From assembly GCF_009914755.1 (NCBI RefSeq), contig NC_060928.1: a stretch of DNA of 64,000 nt, one strand, 5' to 3'. Shown here one piece after another: positions 1 through 11,800 of the stretch. The notes under the pieces were generated by a model, which did not search any database, had not been told where the DNA came from, and saw nothing but the letters and a program-made list of their open reading frames with translations. A program made the translations under genes and the position numbers. Source of the stretch: the human T2T-CHM13v2.0 reference genome, Homo sapiens. Within the stretch, counting starts at the first letter, position 1. The number at the start of each line of letters is the position of its first letter.

Positions 1-112
1 TTTAAAATAATAAGAATAATGATAACCTCATGAGGTTACCATGAGGATTAAATGAGCTAAAATTTAATGGGTCTGAAATGGAGTAGATACTAATGCTATG
101 ATCAATTACCAT
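1..112 (+). mobile_element. MIR SINE fragment (3' half)
   Basis: aataatgataacctcatgaggttaccatgaggattaaatgag resembles the MIR core/3' end. Confidence 0.6.
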
Positions 113-386
113 ATTTAGGCTACTGAATGAGAAAGGAAAGTATGTGATGATCATTGCATTTTCTCATATTTTTCAGAATGACTCTAAATGCCACAATATT
201 GCCCACTTAAATGAGAAACAATTTGAAAAATTTTAGAGAACCATTTCTTTTCAAATTTATTTGGGATTACTGAGGCCATTGATCTTAACTTCAATTAAAA
301 TAAAGTTACCTTGCAGAGATATAGCATACCAAGTGACCAACCTTAGCACCACTAATAGTGGGGCACTCTGACATGATGGGTCACCT

Positions 387-803
387 TGTGTATGGAGTTG
401 GTTCCTGCTGGTGGGTTCATGACTCTCTCTGACTTCAAGAATGGAGCCGCGGACCTTCGCGGTAACTGTCACAGCTCTTAAAGATGGCACAGACCCATGT
501 AGCAAGGTGTATTGTGAAGAGCAAAAGGACAAAGCTTCCACAGCAAGGAAGGGGACCCGAGTGGGTTGCCGCTGCTGGTTGGGTGGCCAGCTTTTATTCC
601 CTTATTGTCCCCTCCCATGTTCCGTTTTTGTCCTATCAGAGTGCCCTTCTTTCAATCCACCCCGCGACTGGCTACTTTTAGAATCCTGCTGATTGGTGCC
701 TTTTACAGAGCGCTGATCTGTGCATTTTACAATCCTCTTGTAAGACAGGAAAGTTCCCCAAGTCCCCACTCGACCCAGGAAGTCTAGCTGGCCTCACCTC
801 TCA
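387..803 (-). mobile_element. LTR12-family (ERV9/ERV1) solo LTR, short LTR12F-like form
   Basis: tgtg...gacttcaagaatggagccgcggaccttcgcggt...ctgattggt...cacctctca; TG...CA termini; 4-bp TSD acct at 383-386 and 804-807. Confidence 0.88.
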
Positions 804-1140
804 ACCTGATGCCATAGGAGTTCTTAGCATCACCTAGAAAGCATTCTCAATAAAAATATTTAACTTGAATTTGATCAAGCTTATATAACTCACCTCTAGT
901 TTACAAGAAACTCAAAGGACAGAGAATTGAGAAAAATGACATGATTAGGAAACAATGTAGAATATAGAATATTCTTTAAAACAGCTGGTATGGACTTTAA
1001 AAAGTCAATGTCATGAGAAAAGAAAAGGCAGAGAAATTGTTCTAGATGTAGAGAAATCACAGAGACATGACGATTAAATGTAAGGTGTGATTTTCAACTG
1101 GAAAATAAAACAAAAGAGGTATAAAATACATTTTGAAACT

Positions 1141-1504
1141 TATATTTGTCCATTTTCATGCTGCTGATAAAGACATACCCGAGACTGGGCAATTTACAGA
1201 AAGAAAGAAGTTTATTAGACTTACAGTTCCACGTGGCCGGGGAGACCTCACAATCATGGCAGAAGGTGAAAGGCATGTCTCACATGGCAGTGGCAAGAAA
1301 GAGAATGAGAGCCAAGTGAAACAGGTTTTCCCTTATCAAACCATCAGATCTCATGAGACTTATTCACTACCACGAGAACAGTATGGGGGCAACTGGCCCC
1401 ATGATTCAGTTACCTCCCACTGGGTCCCTCCTGCAACACATGGGAATTATGGGAGTGAAATTCAAGATGAGATTTGGATGGGGACACAGAGCCATACCAT
1501 ATCA
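1141..1504 (-). mobile_element. THE1B-like MaLR solo LTR
   Basis: gctgctgataaagacatacccgagactggg...gatgagatttggatggggacacagagccataccatatca; TSD aaact/aagct. Confidence 0.9.
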
Positions 1505-1704
1505 AAGCTATTGATGAAACTTGAATATTTAAAAATTAGATGTTGGAAAAAAATACTTGACATCCCACCCCCCATCCCATCCTGCCACCAATCTCTACCT
1601 CTACCCATATATTTTGATTAGTTATTCAATTACTCTGTGATGGGGCCAGGGCATCAGTAGCTAGTAAAGATTTGACGGGTGATTTTAATGAGCACAACAG
1701 CCCT

Positions 1705-1860
1705 AAAAATAACTCTTGCACCTGTGCGCCAGGAAACACCTAAGAAATAGCTCATAGCAGCAGTGCTTGTAATATCACAAAACAGAAACCACCCACATGT
1801 TCATCAACAATAGAATGGATCAAGTGTGCTATATTTATAAAGAAGGAAAGTGATTGCTTT
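1705..1860 (+). mobile_element. L1ME-type ORF2/3' fragment
   Basis: aactcttgcacctgtgc...catagcagcagtgcttgtaatatc...catgttcatcaacaatagaatggat. Confidence 0.55.
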
Positions 1861-3041
1861 AATGCCTAGGAATACTTGATGGTTAACTTTTTGTCTCCTC
1901 CCACTTGAATTCCCAGTTTTCATTTGATCCGGACTTCAGCATTAATTGTATATAATAATAAGGACATTTCTAGACATTTCTTTTGGAGATGGCCTTTACC
2001 CTTAATTTCTGCAGATTTCACCCACCAGTTATCAACTTCTTTAGAGTGAATTTTGTCCTTCTGCTCAAATAGATAATTCCCATCTTCCAGTTTGTGGTTT
2101 TTGGAGAACAGGAAACGGCTTGCTTCTTTAAAAGCCATTTGCAGTAGTCCGCCTGGAATTTAAAATTTTATGGCTTATTCCATCAGTCCATGTGATATTA
2201 CCCTATCTGAATTTAGCTAACTGAGCTAATGTATAATTAGCATTTCTCTCCACTCATCCCTTTGCTCCCTAATGAGTTGGGAATTATGTTTTCACAGTGT
2301 GTACTGGGAAGGCAGACATGTCTGGGCTGACATTCTGAGCTGCTATTTCCCCTGTTTACCCTGTAAACTCCCACTTTGCTATTTTGGTTATCATTTTTTA
2401 AAAGTTTTATTATAGCTGATGGAAATATTATTGTTTAATAGACTTCTCAGGTTTGTGGTTCCTCATAAGCCCAGGTTCCAGCATTCTGACCCTCACTACC
2501 AACTTAATTAACTGTGTCTCTCCTAGTGAAAGCAACAGTGTTGTTTTATTTCTTACTGTTGAGATGTGTTAATGACTCATCAGCAGGGTATTAATGTTCA
2601 TTTTCATCCAACAAGGACCAAAGATACACCTTTCACAGTTTATTAATTTTAAGGTTCCCTGGATCAGAATCATCTATGAGGGTTAGAAGCCACTTAAAAA
2701 TTGTAATGCACTTACCTGGTTCATGATAATTGGATCCCATATTGGTTTTGACAAAGAGAAGTATATTAGTCCATGAAGAGATGATAGTGTGTGATCAAGG
2801 TAAACACCTTTGTGAGCTTTCGAGATAATACCAGATGTCACTAATTAAAAATCTATGATTCAGGTGCATTTACCTCTATTAGAGAGAGATCTGTGATAAC
2901 ATTTGGATTTCATTTTTAAAATATTATAGGAGATAATATTGTGGCCCAAAAAAGCATTATCTATAAAAGCCAAAAGGTCTTTATTTTCCTAAAGTTTTTT
3001 TCAGAGCACAGGGCTAAAACTCTTTTGTTATTAGTAGTAAG

Positions 3042-3588
3042 TATATCAGTTAGTTTTCGCTTCTAATAATAAACCACCCTAAGGTTTAGTGGTTAAAATG
3101 AAAATTCTTTTTTTAGTTCACAATTCTGTGGGCTGGCAACTTGGGCCAGGCTCAGCTGGATAATTCTTTTGCTGGTCTGAGCTGGAGCTCACTCGTGTGT
3201 CTCTGGTCAGTTAGCAGGTTGGCTGGAGGCTGGTTGGTCTAGAAGAGACCTATCATGGGATGGCTGGTCTTTGCTTCATGTGCTTTCACATGGAACAAGC
3301 ACATGAAGAGGTGCTTCTTTCACATGAAGAAGTTTAGCTTTGGCTTCCTCAAGTGGAGATGGTAACAGGAGCCCCAAGAACATCAAGACAGGGCAAGCCT
3401 TTTCAAGTCTTTGCTTGCATTGTGTTTAGCGTTGTCCTAGCGGGCAATGCAAGTTCCATGGTAAAGTTCAGAGTTGGTGTGTTTGGGGTGGGGTCGGAGG
3501 ATGAGGTAGAGGGAGGGTTGGCTACCAAGGGCAGGGATACAGTGAAGTGTGAACAAACTGGAGCTACTATTGCAAATAATCCACCAGA
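3042..3588 (-). mobile_element. MLT1 (MLT1H-like) MaLR LTR
   Basis: aaaccaccctaaggtttagtggttaaa...cacaattctgtgggctggcaacttgggccaggctcagctgg. Confidence 0.7.
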
Positions 3589-3627
3589 GTGAGATAGGAC
3601 AAATATTATTTGTCTAAACTGGTATAG

Positions 3628-3930
3628 ACCAATATTTTACCAAGTAGATTCTAAGGAATTCTGGTTCAGGGAATATATCTATATGTTACCAAAAGGGGAG
3701 TTCTAGAGTTAAATCATTTTGAGCAATGCTAGATTTAGCAAAGCGAAAGAGATTTATTTATTGCAGGACATCTCATAGCCATTAATATGCTCAGAGTCAT
3801 GATCAATCTTCAAAAGTAGATGCATAATTTCCCAAACTTAGACTACAGAATTCTCTGTTCCCCACCTCCACTTTCCATGGGTAATCTTCAGAGATAGATG
3901 CACTTTAAAACATATTTAAAATGCTGCTGT
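3628..3930. mobile_element. MER103-like hAT DNA transposon remnant
   Basis: ttattgcaggacatctcatagccattaatatgct...catttcccaaactta; a related copy lies at ~49590-49860. Confidence 0.55.
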
Positions 3931-4394
3931 ACAACAAACAATGAGCTCCTTGACTAGCCTTTTATTTCTCAGTCTTTGCTTTGACAAAGAACAAAGATTG
4001 AAAAATAACTATATTACGTTCATGTAATCACCACATTTTTTGTGCCTATTTCTCCAGGATTAAAATAGGAGACAATAAATTGTACTATCAATTTTCTTAG
4101 GAAACAGAACAAAACAAAACAATGTGGGCCTCCAATGAACAGTGTGCTTTTGTGGCTGGGCTGGTTGCATTCTCTATCATTGTCTCAGGAACCCATTTGC
4201 ATGCAATTTTACTATGATTAGATTTTGAATATGGAGACTTTTCTATAATTTGAGCCTTTATTAGAATACTTTTCTCCTGATAGCAACTGCAATAAGCCAA
4301 GATTCAGGAGTAAGCGATCTCTATATTTAGCCTTTGGGAAGAATTTGCAGTATGTTTTCCATCAATTGATTTGGCATGTAGATAGTTTATTCCA

Positions 4395-4615
4395 GTAGAG
4401 ATGAAGCAGGATGAAAGATATGAACTTTGGGGTCTCCAAGTAAATCTTGGGCTAGTCACTCTTCAGCCCTATGACTTTGAACACATTTCTCAACTGCTCT
4501 AAGGTAGATAGAACAGTATCTATCTTTCAGAGTTCTGAGATTCAATAACATAATGTGAGTACATTTTTTAAAATCTTGGTTCTTCGAATATAGAGGATGC
4601 TTAATAAAGGGTAGC
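4395..4615 (+). mobile_element. MIR SINE
   Basis: ccctatgactttgaacacatttctcaact...gttctgagattcaataacataatgtgag. Confidence 0.55.
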
Positions 4616-4754
4616 CTTTTCTCTTGAGGAAAGAATCCTACTTTTGAAGGTGTGATGGCAAAAATTTGGGGCCTTATGATGGATTGGAGTTCAGCCTGAA
4701 GCTCTGATTTTGCAGGGTTATGACAGAGAGACTTTCCAGCTCTCACACATGCCA

Positions 4755-5145
4755 AAGCTTGCTTTGACCCCAGGGCCTTTGCACTTTTAGCTTTCTGCCT
4801 GAAATAATGCTCTTCCCAAGGTTTGTGCATGGCTTCATGTCATTTAGGTCTCACTTCAAAATTGGCTCCTAGACACCCTCTAGCCACATTCACTGATGTA
4901 GCCATTCCTTTTACTAATTGCCCCTCCCCAATCTGTATCCCATTACCCAACTGCTTTACTATCCTTATAACAGCACTTTATGATATGACCTTATGCATGT
5001 ATTTGTTATGTGTTTGTTTGCTCCTGTCCAACTAGAAATTAACCTCTGTGAAACCTTATGAGCCCCAGGCCTAGAATGTGGTCTGCCCCATAGTAGCAGG
5101 TCTCAGTAAATATCTGTGGTTGGGTGTAGAATAAGAAATGACTGA
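4755..5145 (+). mobile_element. L2 LINE 3' end
   Basis: cagggcctttgcac...cctagaatgtggtctgccccatagtagcaggtctcagtaaatatctgtgg. Confidence 0.7.
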
Positions 5146-5676
5146 ACAGAAAGCTCATCTTGTGGATTTGGCAGTGAAGGTGTCTCAAGAAGCAGTCCCT
5201 GAGCCCCACCCTCCTTCCTGTGGCTATGGATTTTAGTACTAGGAGCATGCACATTTCTCTGTCAGCTTAGAACCTGGAGCAGGCAGAGACCTCCATGTAG
5301 AGAGGCCAGAGAGGCTGTAAGTGGACATATCTGTGAAGATTCAGGGACAGCAGAGATGAGGAGGTAAAGTGTGGCCTGATGCAGAATATCCTACACTTCC
5401 CCAAACAAGTCAAAATGTTTCATGGCTCACTGCTTTTGCTCAGGAAGCAAACCTCCTTGTCTGTGGAGCAAACACCTACTAACCTTTCATGACCCAGTTC
5501 AAGCATGACAAGCCTTTTCTGATTTCCCCTCCCATAGATAGATTTAGCTCCTCTCCTCCATGTCCTCCCTGTATTTTATGCACAGTCCTGTAACCTGTAA
5601 CTCTTTACCGCTCGCACTTCTCCTTTGTTTGGGATGAGCACTTTGATTTTTTTTTTTTTTTTTTTTTGGTTCATGC

Positions 5677-6128
5677 TCTCAGTTCATACAGTTTAAGTGA
5701 AGCAAACCACTCTCCCTGCCTGGGGTGGCAGGCAAGATAACTGGTCCATTGGCAATACCATGTCCTTGAGCAGTGATTGGTTCAGAAAAGGATGCATACA
5801 ACAAGCCTGATGAGTCAAGCCTGGTACGTTTGCTGAAACTATTAGAAAAGGGATGTTCCCTTTCCACTGGTGTTGCCAGGCTGGTGGAATATAAGTATGG
5901 AGTGGTTGGAGGTGATTTTGCCACCAAAAAACATAAAAACAAAAACCAACATGGAAAAAAGCATAATTTATGATGGAGAGAGACAGAATTCAGTTGGATA
6001 TTTGAATATCTGAATCCAGAAATGCCCAAAGCAACTGAACTTTTCAATGGCATGATGGTTTCTCTTTTTTGTTCGTGTCAGCTTGGGTTGAAATTGTGCC
6101 ATTTTGTAATCAGTGTCCTGAGTAGTGC
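5677..6128 (+). mobile_element. Ancient MaLR LTR (MLT1K/L-like)
   Basis: gtgattggttcag...tttgctgaaactattagaaaag...tgaatccagaaatgcccaaagc...gtcctgagtagtgca. Confidence 0.6.
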
Positions 6129-7019
6129 AATGCTTTTTTTTTATAGCACAGTGGGAGCACCTTGACAGCGGAGACTGTCTCTGCTCTTGTCTTTTGTCTT
6201 GACATTGCACTATGTGCTCAATATCTGTCTTCTAACCTGATTGGAGTGATTGAATGAATTCGTGAATTAAATTAGTAGGTAACTGGACACATCTTTAATG
6301 ACAAATTCAGGATCTGGGGTTTTTGTCTTTCCTGGTTTTCTCACATAATTAATTCACAGTATCCTGGCCCCATGTCAGCAACTGAAAGTATTTTATTTTT
6401 TTCTGGCTTCTTTAAAATGACCATTAGCTTGTTTCACTGTCATCTGATTCTTTCTCTTTGTGCTGAGGTGCAAGGAAAACAAATTCTCTTTAATTGAGGG
6501 TTGCTGTTATGAGGATTTGCATTATTGCTTAGTTTTAACAAACAGGATATTATAGCAACTGGTGATTAATGTGATGGGAAAGAGCGAACATGCTACATGA
6601 GTCATTACATTAGACTCAACATGTTTAATGGTCTGTTATGCTGAGCAGGGAGCAGCAAAGAGCCTGCTGGGGAAAAGAAAAGGCAAAAAGCTTAGACACT
6701 TTTTTTCAAGCTGTCTATCTTACAAACAGAGAGCTGTCATCATTCTCCTAACTGCAAATTAGGCAACAAATCTGAGAAATTATTTTTTTTCCTCTGACCA
6801 GTGAATATAGAATGTAAGTTGACCAATGCTGTACAGAAATATTATAAAGTGATACAAGGATGGTCGTGATAGTCAACTCTTGTGATGAGATAAACTCATT
6901 AATTCATTAACTTCTGCTTTCCTGCCTGGAAAATGGAAAAGTAATAGAGAACCAGTTTATAAATTCATCAAACTTGCATAATGAAAACTGGGTTTGCTAA
7001 AAGGTTCATTTTTAGGAGA

Positions 7020-7690
7020 AAGGCAATGTAAATCAAAGTACAAAAGTATTGAAGTCTTGGTTTAGTTTTGGCTCAGCCTCTATTTGCATGAACCACTTTT
7101 GGTAAGATAGTTAACATTTTGATCTTTAGTCATCTCACTTGCCTGAGAGGGTTTGTACTCTCTTTATCACAGAGTGGCATGAGTATTGAGAAAGAATTTG
7201 TGAAATGTAAGCAATAAAATATGTAAAGAAATTTGATTATCATGTAATAGTATTATTGATAATACTGCAGTTCACACGAGATGTCTAGAATTATGAAAGT
7301 ATGTTCTCTGACATTTTCCAGAAATGTAAATGAAATTTCCCTCCACTCCCACCCTTGGCATCTCCAGTCCATTCTTTACACTGAAGCCAGAGTGATCTTC
7401 TAAAAATATATAAATCTGATTATAACACTCCCAATGCATGATGGACTCCAATGGCTTCTCATTGCTGTTATGTTTGGAACCAAGGTTCTCAACATGGAAA
7501 CAAGCCTGTATACCATCTGGCACATTTTTATGTCTCTCTTTTCATCTCATAACTTTTTTTTTTCTGTCTGGGTTCTACCCACATTGTCTTCTTTCAGGAT
7601 CTGAGTGCACTGTGCTTCTTATCTCAGACTTTGCATGCGCTGTTCTTTCAGCCTAGAATGCTCTACCCACTCTGCTTCCCAACATTCACC
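7020..7690 (+). mobile_element. MIR fragment followed by L2 fragment
   Basis: tgagtattgagaaagaatttgtgaaatg (MIR); gaagccagagtgatcttctaaaaatataaatctgatta and cctagaatgctct (L2). Confidence 0.6.
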
Positions 7691-7691
7691 T

Positions 7692-7950
7692 TGAGTAGAC
7701 TGAATAATGATCCTCTGTCCCCAAAGAAGCCCATGTTCTAAGCTCCAGAAGCTGTGGCTATGTGATATTACATGGTAAAAGGGGCTTTACAGAAGTGATT
7801 AAGGATCTTGACATGGAGAGGTTATCTGGATTATCCAGGAGAGCCCCACTGTAATCACAGGCATCCTTATAAGAGTAAAGAAGAAGAATCAGAATTAGTA
7901 GTAGATGTGATGATGGAAGCAAGACAATGGCGTGAATGTAGGAAAGCAGT
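7692..7950 (+). mobile_element. MLT1D-like LTR 5' fragment
   Basis: tacatggtaaaaggggctttacagaagtgattaaggatcttgacatggagaggttatctggattatcc. Confidence 0.7.
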
Positions 7951-8039
7951 TACCATAATATGTGGCAGGCCTGCTGGTGGAGCACGGGGGGAAGGGCACC
8001 TAAACCATTTTTGAGAGTGCAGTGAATGAAGGCTTCTTA

Positions 8040-8620
8040 CAGAAAAAGACACAAGCAGAGCCCTGATGTTTGAGCAGGAGGAGGGGGCTGCTTGAAGAGG
8101 TGAGGACAGAGAATGTTCAAAGTAATATAGACAGCATGGGCATATATTCTTGAGGCAGGAAAACTGCAGAGTGGAGAATACTGGTGTGCACAAATGGTGA
8201 TGGTTGAGGTTGGAGAAGAAATCAAAGGCCAGATTATTAAGAGCCTTATTAGCCAGTTTAAGGACTTAGGTAATTATAGGCCAGAGGAAGGGTTTTAAGC
8301 AGAAGGGATAAATGATAAAATTTGAGTTACAGGGATCAAAGTGGAGAAGGGGAGATAAAGTGGCTGTTTTAGTATTTGGTAAAGAGATGGCTTTGGTCTG
8401 AAAAAGTTACGGGCGATGGGGATGAAGTCAAATGGACTGATCCTAGAGATATTTAGGAGGAAGATTCAATAGGACTTAGGCTGATAGAATGGAGGAGTGA
8501 TGAGAAATGAGGAGCCAAAGATTCCTCCCAGATTAATAATTTGGAAAACTGAATAAATAGGTGGTGATGCCATTCGTTGAGATAAGGGAAAGAGGAATAT
8601 ACTAAAGAGAAAAGTCATGT
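8040..8620 (-). mobile_element. L2 LINE fragment
   Basis: ggccagattattaagagcctt...aagggttttaagcagaagg...gagatatttaggagg. Confidence 0.65.
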
Positions 8621-8872
8621 ACTGAAAATGTCTGCAGCAAACAATTACTTGTTAAAAGACTATGAATTCGGTATTAATGTAGACAAGTTAACCTGGATGA
8701 CAGTTGGTAGAAGGGATTATTGCTTGTGGGTATGGCCTGGAGAGGATAGATTTGAAGGATGGGACACATCTAGAAGATAATTGGGTCATACATTTAAGTT
8801 CCATAATTTATCTTCACAGTTTAGGATCAAGGAGATATAATTTCCTAGCACATATAACATGTTTTATATTTT

Positions 8873-11800
8873 AAATTAGTTTTTATTTTTTTATTTTTCC
8901 ATTAGTTATTGGGGTACAGGTGGTATTTGGTTACATGAGTAAGTTCTTTAGTGGTGTTTTGTGAGATTTTGGTGCACCCATCACCCGAGCAGTATACACT
9001 GCACCATATTTGTAGTCTTTTATCCCTCACCCCCTCCCATTCTTCCCCCTAAGTCCTCAAAGTCCATTATATCATTCTTATGCCTTTGCACCCTCATAGC
9101 TTAGCTCCCACATAACAGTGAGAACATATGATGTTTGGTTTTCCATTCCTGAGTTACTTCAGTTAGAATAATAATCTCCAGTCTCATCCAGGTCACTGCA
9201 AACGCTGTTAATTCATTCCTCTTTATGGCTGAGTAGTATTCCATGGTGTGTATATGTTTATATGTGTATATGTGTGTATATATATACCACAGATTTTAAC
9301 CACTTGTTGATTGATGGACATTTGGGTTGGTTCCACGATTTTGCAATTGTGAATTGTGCTGCTATAAACATACATGTGCAAGTATCTTTTTTGAATAATG
9401 ACTTCTTTTCCTTTGGGTAGATACCCAGTAGTGGGATTGCTGGAACAAATGGTAGTTCTACTTTTAGTTCTTTAAGGACTCTCTGCACTGTTTTCCATAG
9501 TGGCTGTACTAGTTTACATTCCCACCAGCAGCATAGAAGTTTTCCCTGTTCACCACATTCATGCCAACATGTACTGTTTTTTTATTTTTTGATTATGGCA
9601 ATTCTTGCAGGAGTAAGGTGGTATTGCATTGTGGTTTTGATTTGCATTTCCCTGATCATTAGTGATGTTGAGCATTTTTTCATGTGTTTGTTGGCCATTT
9701 GTATGTCTTCTTTTGAGAATTGTCTATTCATGTCCTTAGCCCACTTTTTAATGGGATTTTTTTTTCTTACCGATTTGTTTGAGTTCATTGTAGATTCTGG
9801 ATATTAGTTCTTTGTCAGATATATAGATGGTGAAGATTTTCGCACACTCTGTGTGTTGTCTGTTTACTCTGCTGACTGTTCCTTTTGCTGTGCAAAAGCT
9901 CTTTAGTTTAATTAAGTCCCAGCTATTTATCTTTGTTTTTATTGCATTTGCTTTTGGGTTCTTGGTCATGAAATCCTTGCCTAAGCCAATGTCTAGAAGG
10001 GTTTTTCCAATGTTATCTTCTAGAATTTTTACGGTTTCAGGTCTTAGATTTAAGTCCTTAATCCATCTTGAGTTGATTTTTGTATCAGGTGAGAGATGAG
10101 GTCCAGTTTCATTTTCCTACATGTGGCTAGCCAATTACCCCAGCACCATTTGTTGAAAAGGGTGTCCTTTCCCCACTTTATGTTTTTGTTTGCTTTGTCA
10201 AAGATCAGTTGGCTGTAAGTATTTGGGTTTATTTCTGGGTTCTCTACTCTGCTCCATTGGTCTATGTGCCTATTTTTATATCAGTACTAGGCTGTTTTGG
10301 TGACTATGGCCTTATAGTATAGTTTGAAATCAAGTAGTGTGATGCCTCCAGATTCGTTCTTTTGGCTTAGTCTTGCTTTGGCTATGAAGGCTCTTTTTTG
10401 GTTCCAAATGAATTTTAGAATTGTTTTGTCTAACTCTGTGAAGAATGGTGGTGGTATTTTGATGGGGATTGCATTGAATTTGTAGACTGCTTTTGGCAGT
10501 ATGATCATTTTCACAATACTGATTCTATTCATCCATGAGCATGGGATGTGTTTCCATTTGTTTGTGTTATCTATGACTTCTTTCACCAGTGTTTTGTAGT
10601 TTTCCTTGTCGAGGTCTTTCGACTTCTTTGTTATGTATATTCCTATGTATTTTATTTTATTTTATTTTATTTTTGCAGCTATTATGAAAGGGATTGAGTT
10701 CTTGATTTGATTCTCTGCTTGGTCACTGTTGGTGTATAGAAGAGCTACTAATTTGTGTACATTAATCTTGTATCTGGAAACTTCGCTGAATTATTTTATC
10801 AGTTCTAGGAGCTTTCTGGAGGACTTCTTAGGGTTTTCAAAGCAAATGATCATATTGTCAGCAAACAGGGACATTTTGCTCTTTACCAATTTGGAGGCCC
10901 TTTATTTTTTTCTCTTGTCTGATTGCTGTGGCTAGGACTTCTAATACTATGTTGAAGAGGAGTGGAGAGATTCTTGTCTTGTTCCTGTTCTCAGAGGGAA
11001 TGCTTTCAACTTTTCACCATTCAGTATTATGTTGGCTGTGGGTTTGTCATAGGTGGCTTTTATTATGTTAAGGTATGTCCCTTGTATGACGATTTTGCTG
11101 AGGGTTTTAATCGTAAAGTGATGCTCGATTTTGTTGAATGTTTTTTCTGCATCTATTGAGATAATCATGTGATTTTTATTTTTAATTTTGTTTATGTGGT
11201 GTATCACATTTATTGACTTGTGTATGTTAAACCATCCCTGAATCCCTGGTATGAAATCCATCTGATCACGCTGGATTATCTTTTTGACATGTTGTTGGAT
11301 TTGGTTAGCTAATATTTTGTTAAGCATCTATATTCATCAAGGGTATCAGTCTGTAGTTTTCTTTTTTGGTTGTGTCCTTTCCTGGTTTTGGTGTTAGGGT
11401 GATGCTGGCTTCATAGAATGAATCAGGGAGGGTTCCTTCTTTCCCTATCTTGTGGATTAGTGTCAAAGGATTGGTACCAATTCTTCTTTGAATGTCTGGT
11501 AGAATTCTGCTGTGAATACATCTGGTCCTGGAATTTTTGTTGGTAATTTTTAAATTACCATTTCAATCTCACTGCTTGTTATTGCTCTGTTCATGGTATC
11601 TAATTCTTCCTGATTTAAGCTAGGAGGGTTGTATTTTTCCAGGAATTTATCCGTCTCTTCTAGGTTTTCTAGCTTGTGTGCATAAAGGTGTTCATAGTAG
11701 CCTTCAATGATCTTTTGCTTTCAGTGGTGTCAGTTGTAATATCTCCTATTTTGTTTCTTAGTGAGGTTATTTGGATCTTTCTTTTCTTCTTGGTTAATCT

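Larger units (their letters stand above)
300..1560 (+). mobile_element. Ancient L1M (L1MC/ME-type) 3' fragment split by two LTR insertions
   Basis: catcacctagaaagcattc...taacttgaatttgatcaagc...tttacaagaaa resembles old L1M 3' ends; continuity across the LTRs at 387-803 and 1141-1504. Confidence 0.5.

Noticed and set aside
1133-1621. 162-aa ORF
   Set aside because: Lies mostly in the antisense of a THE1 LTR, has a non-ATG start and is typical repeat-derived pseudo-protein
6587-6625. Small hairpin aacatg..tgagtc/gactca..catgtt
   Set aside because: Two 6-bp stems with a bulge are expected by chance in 64 kb
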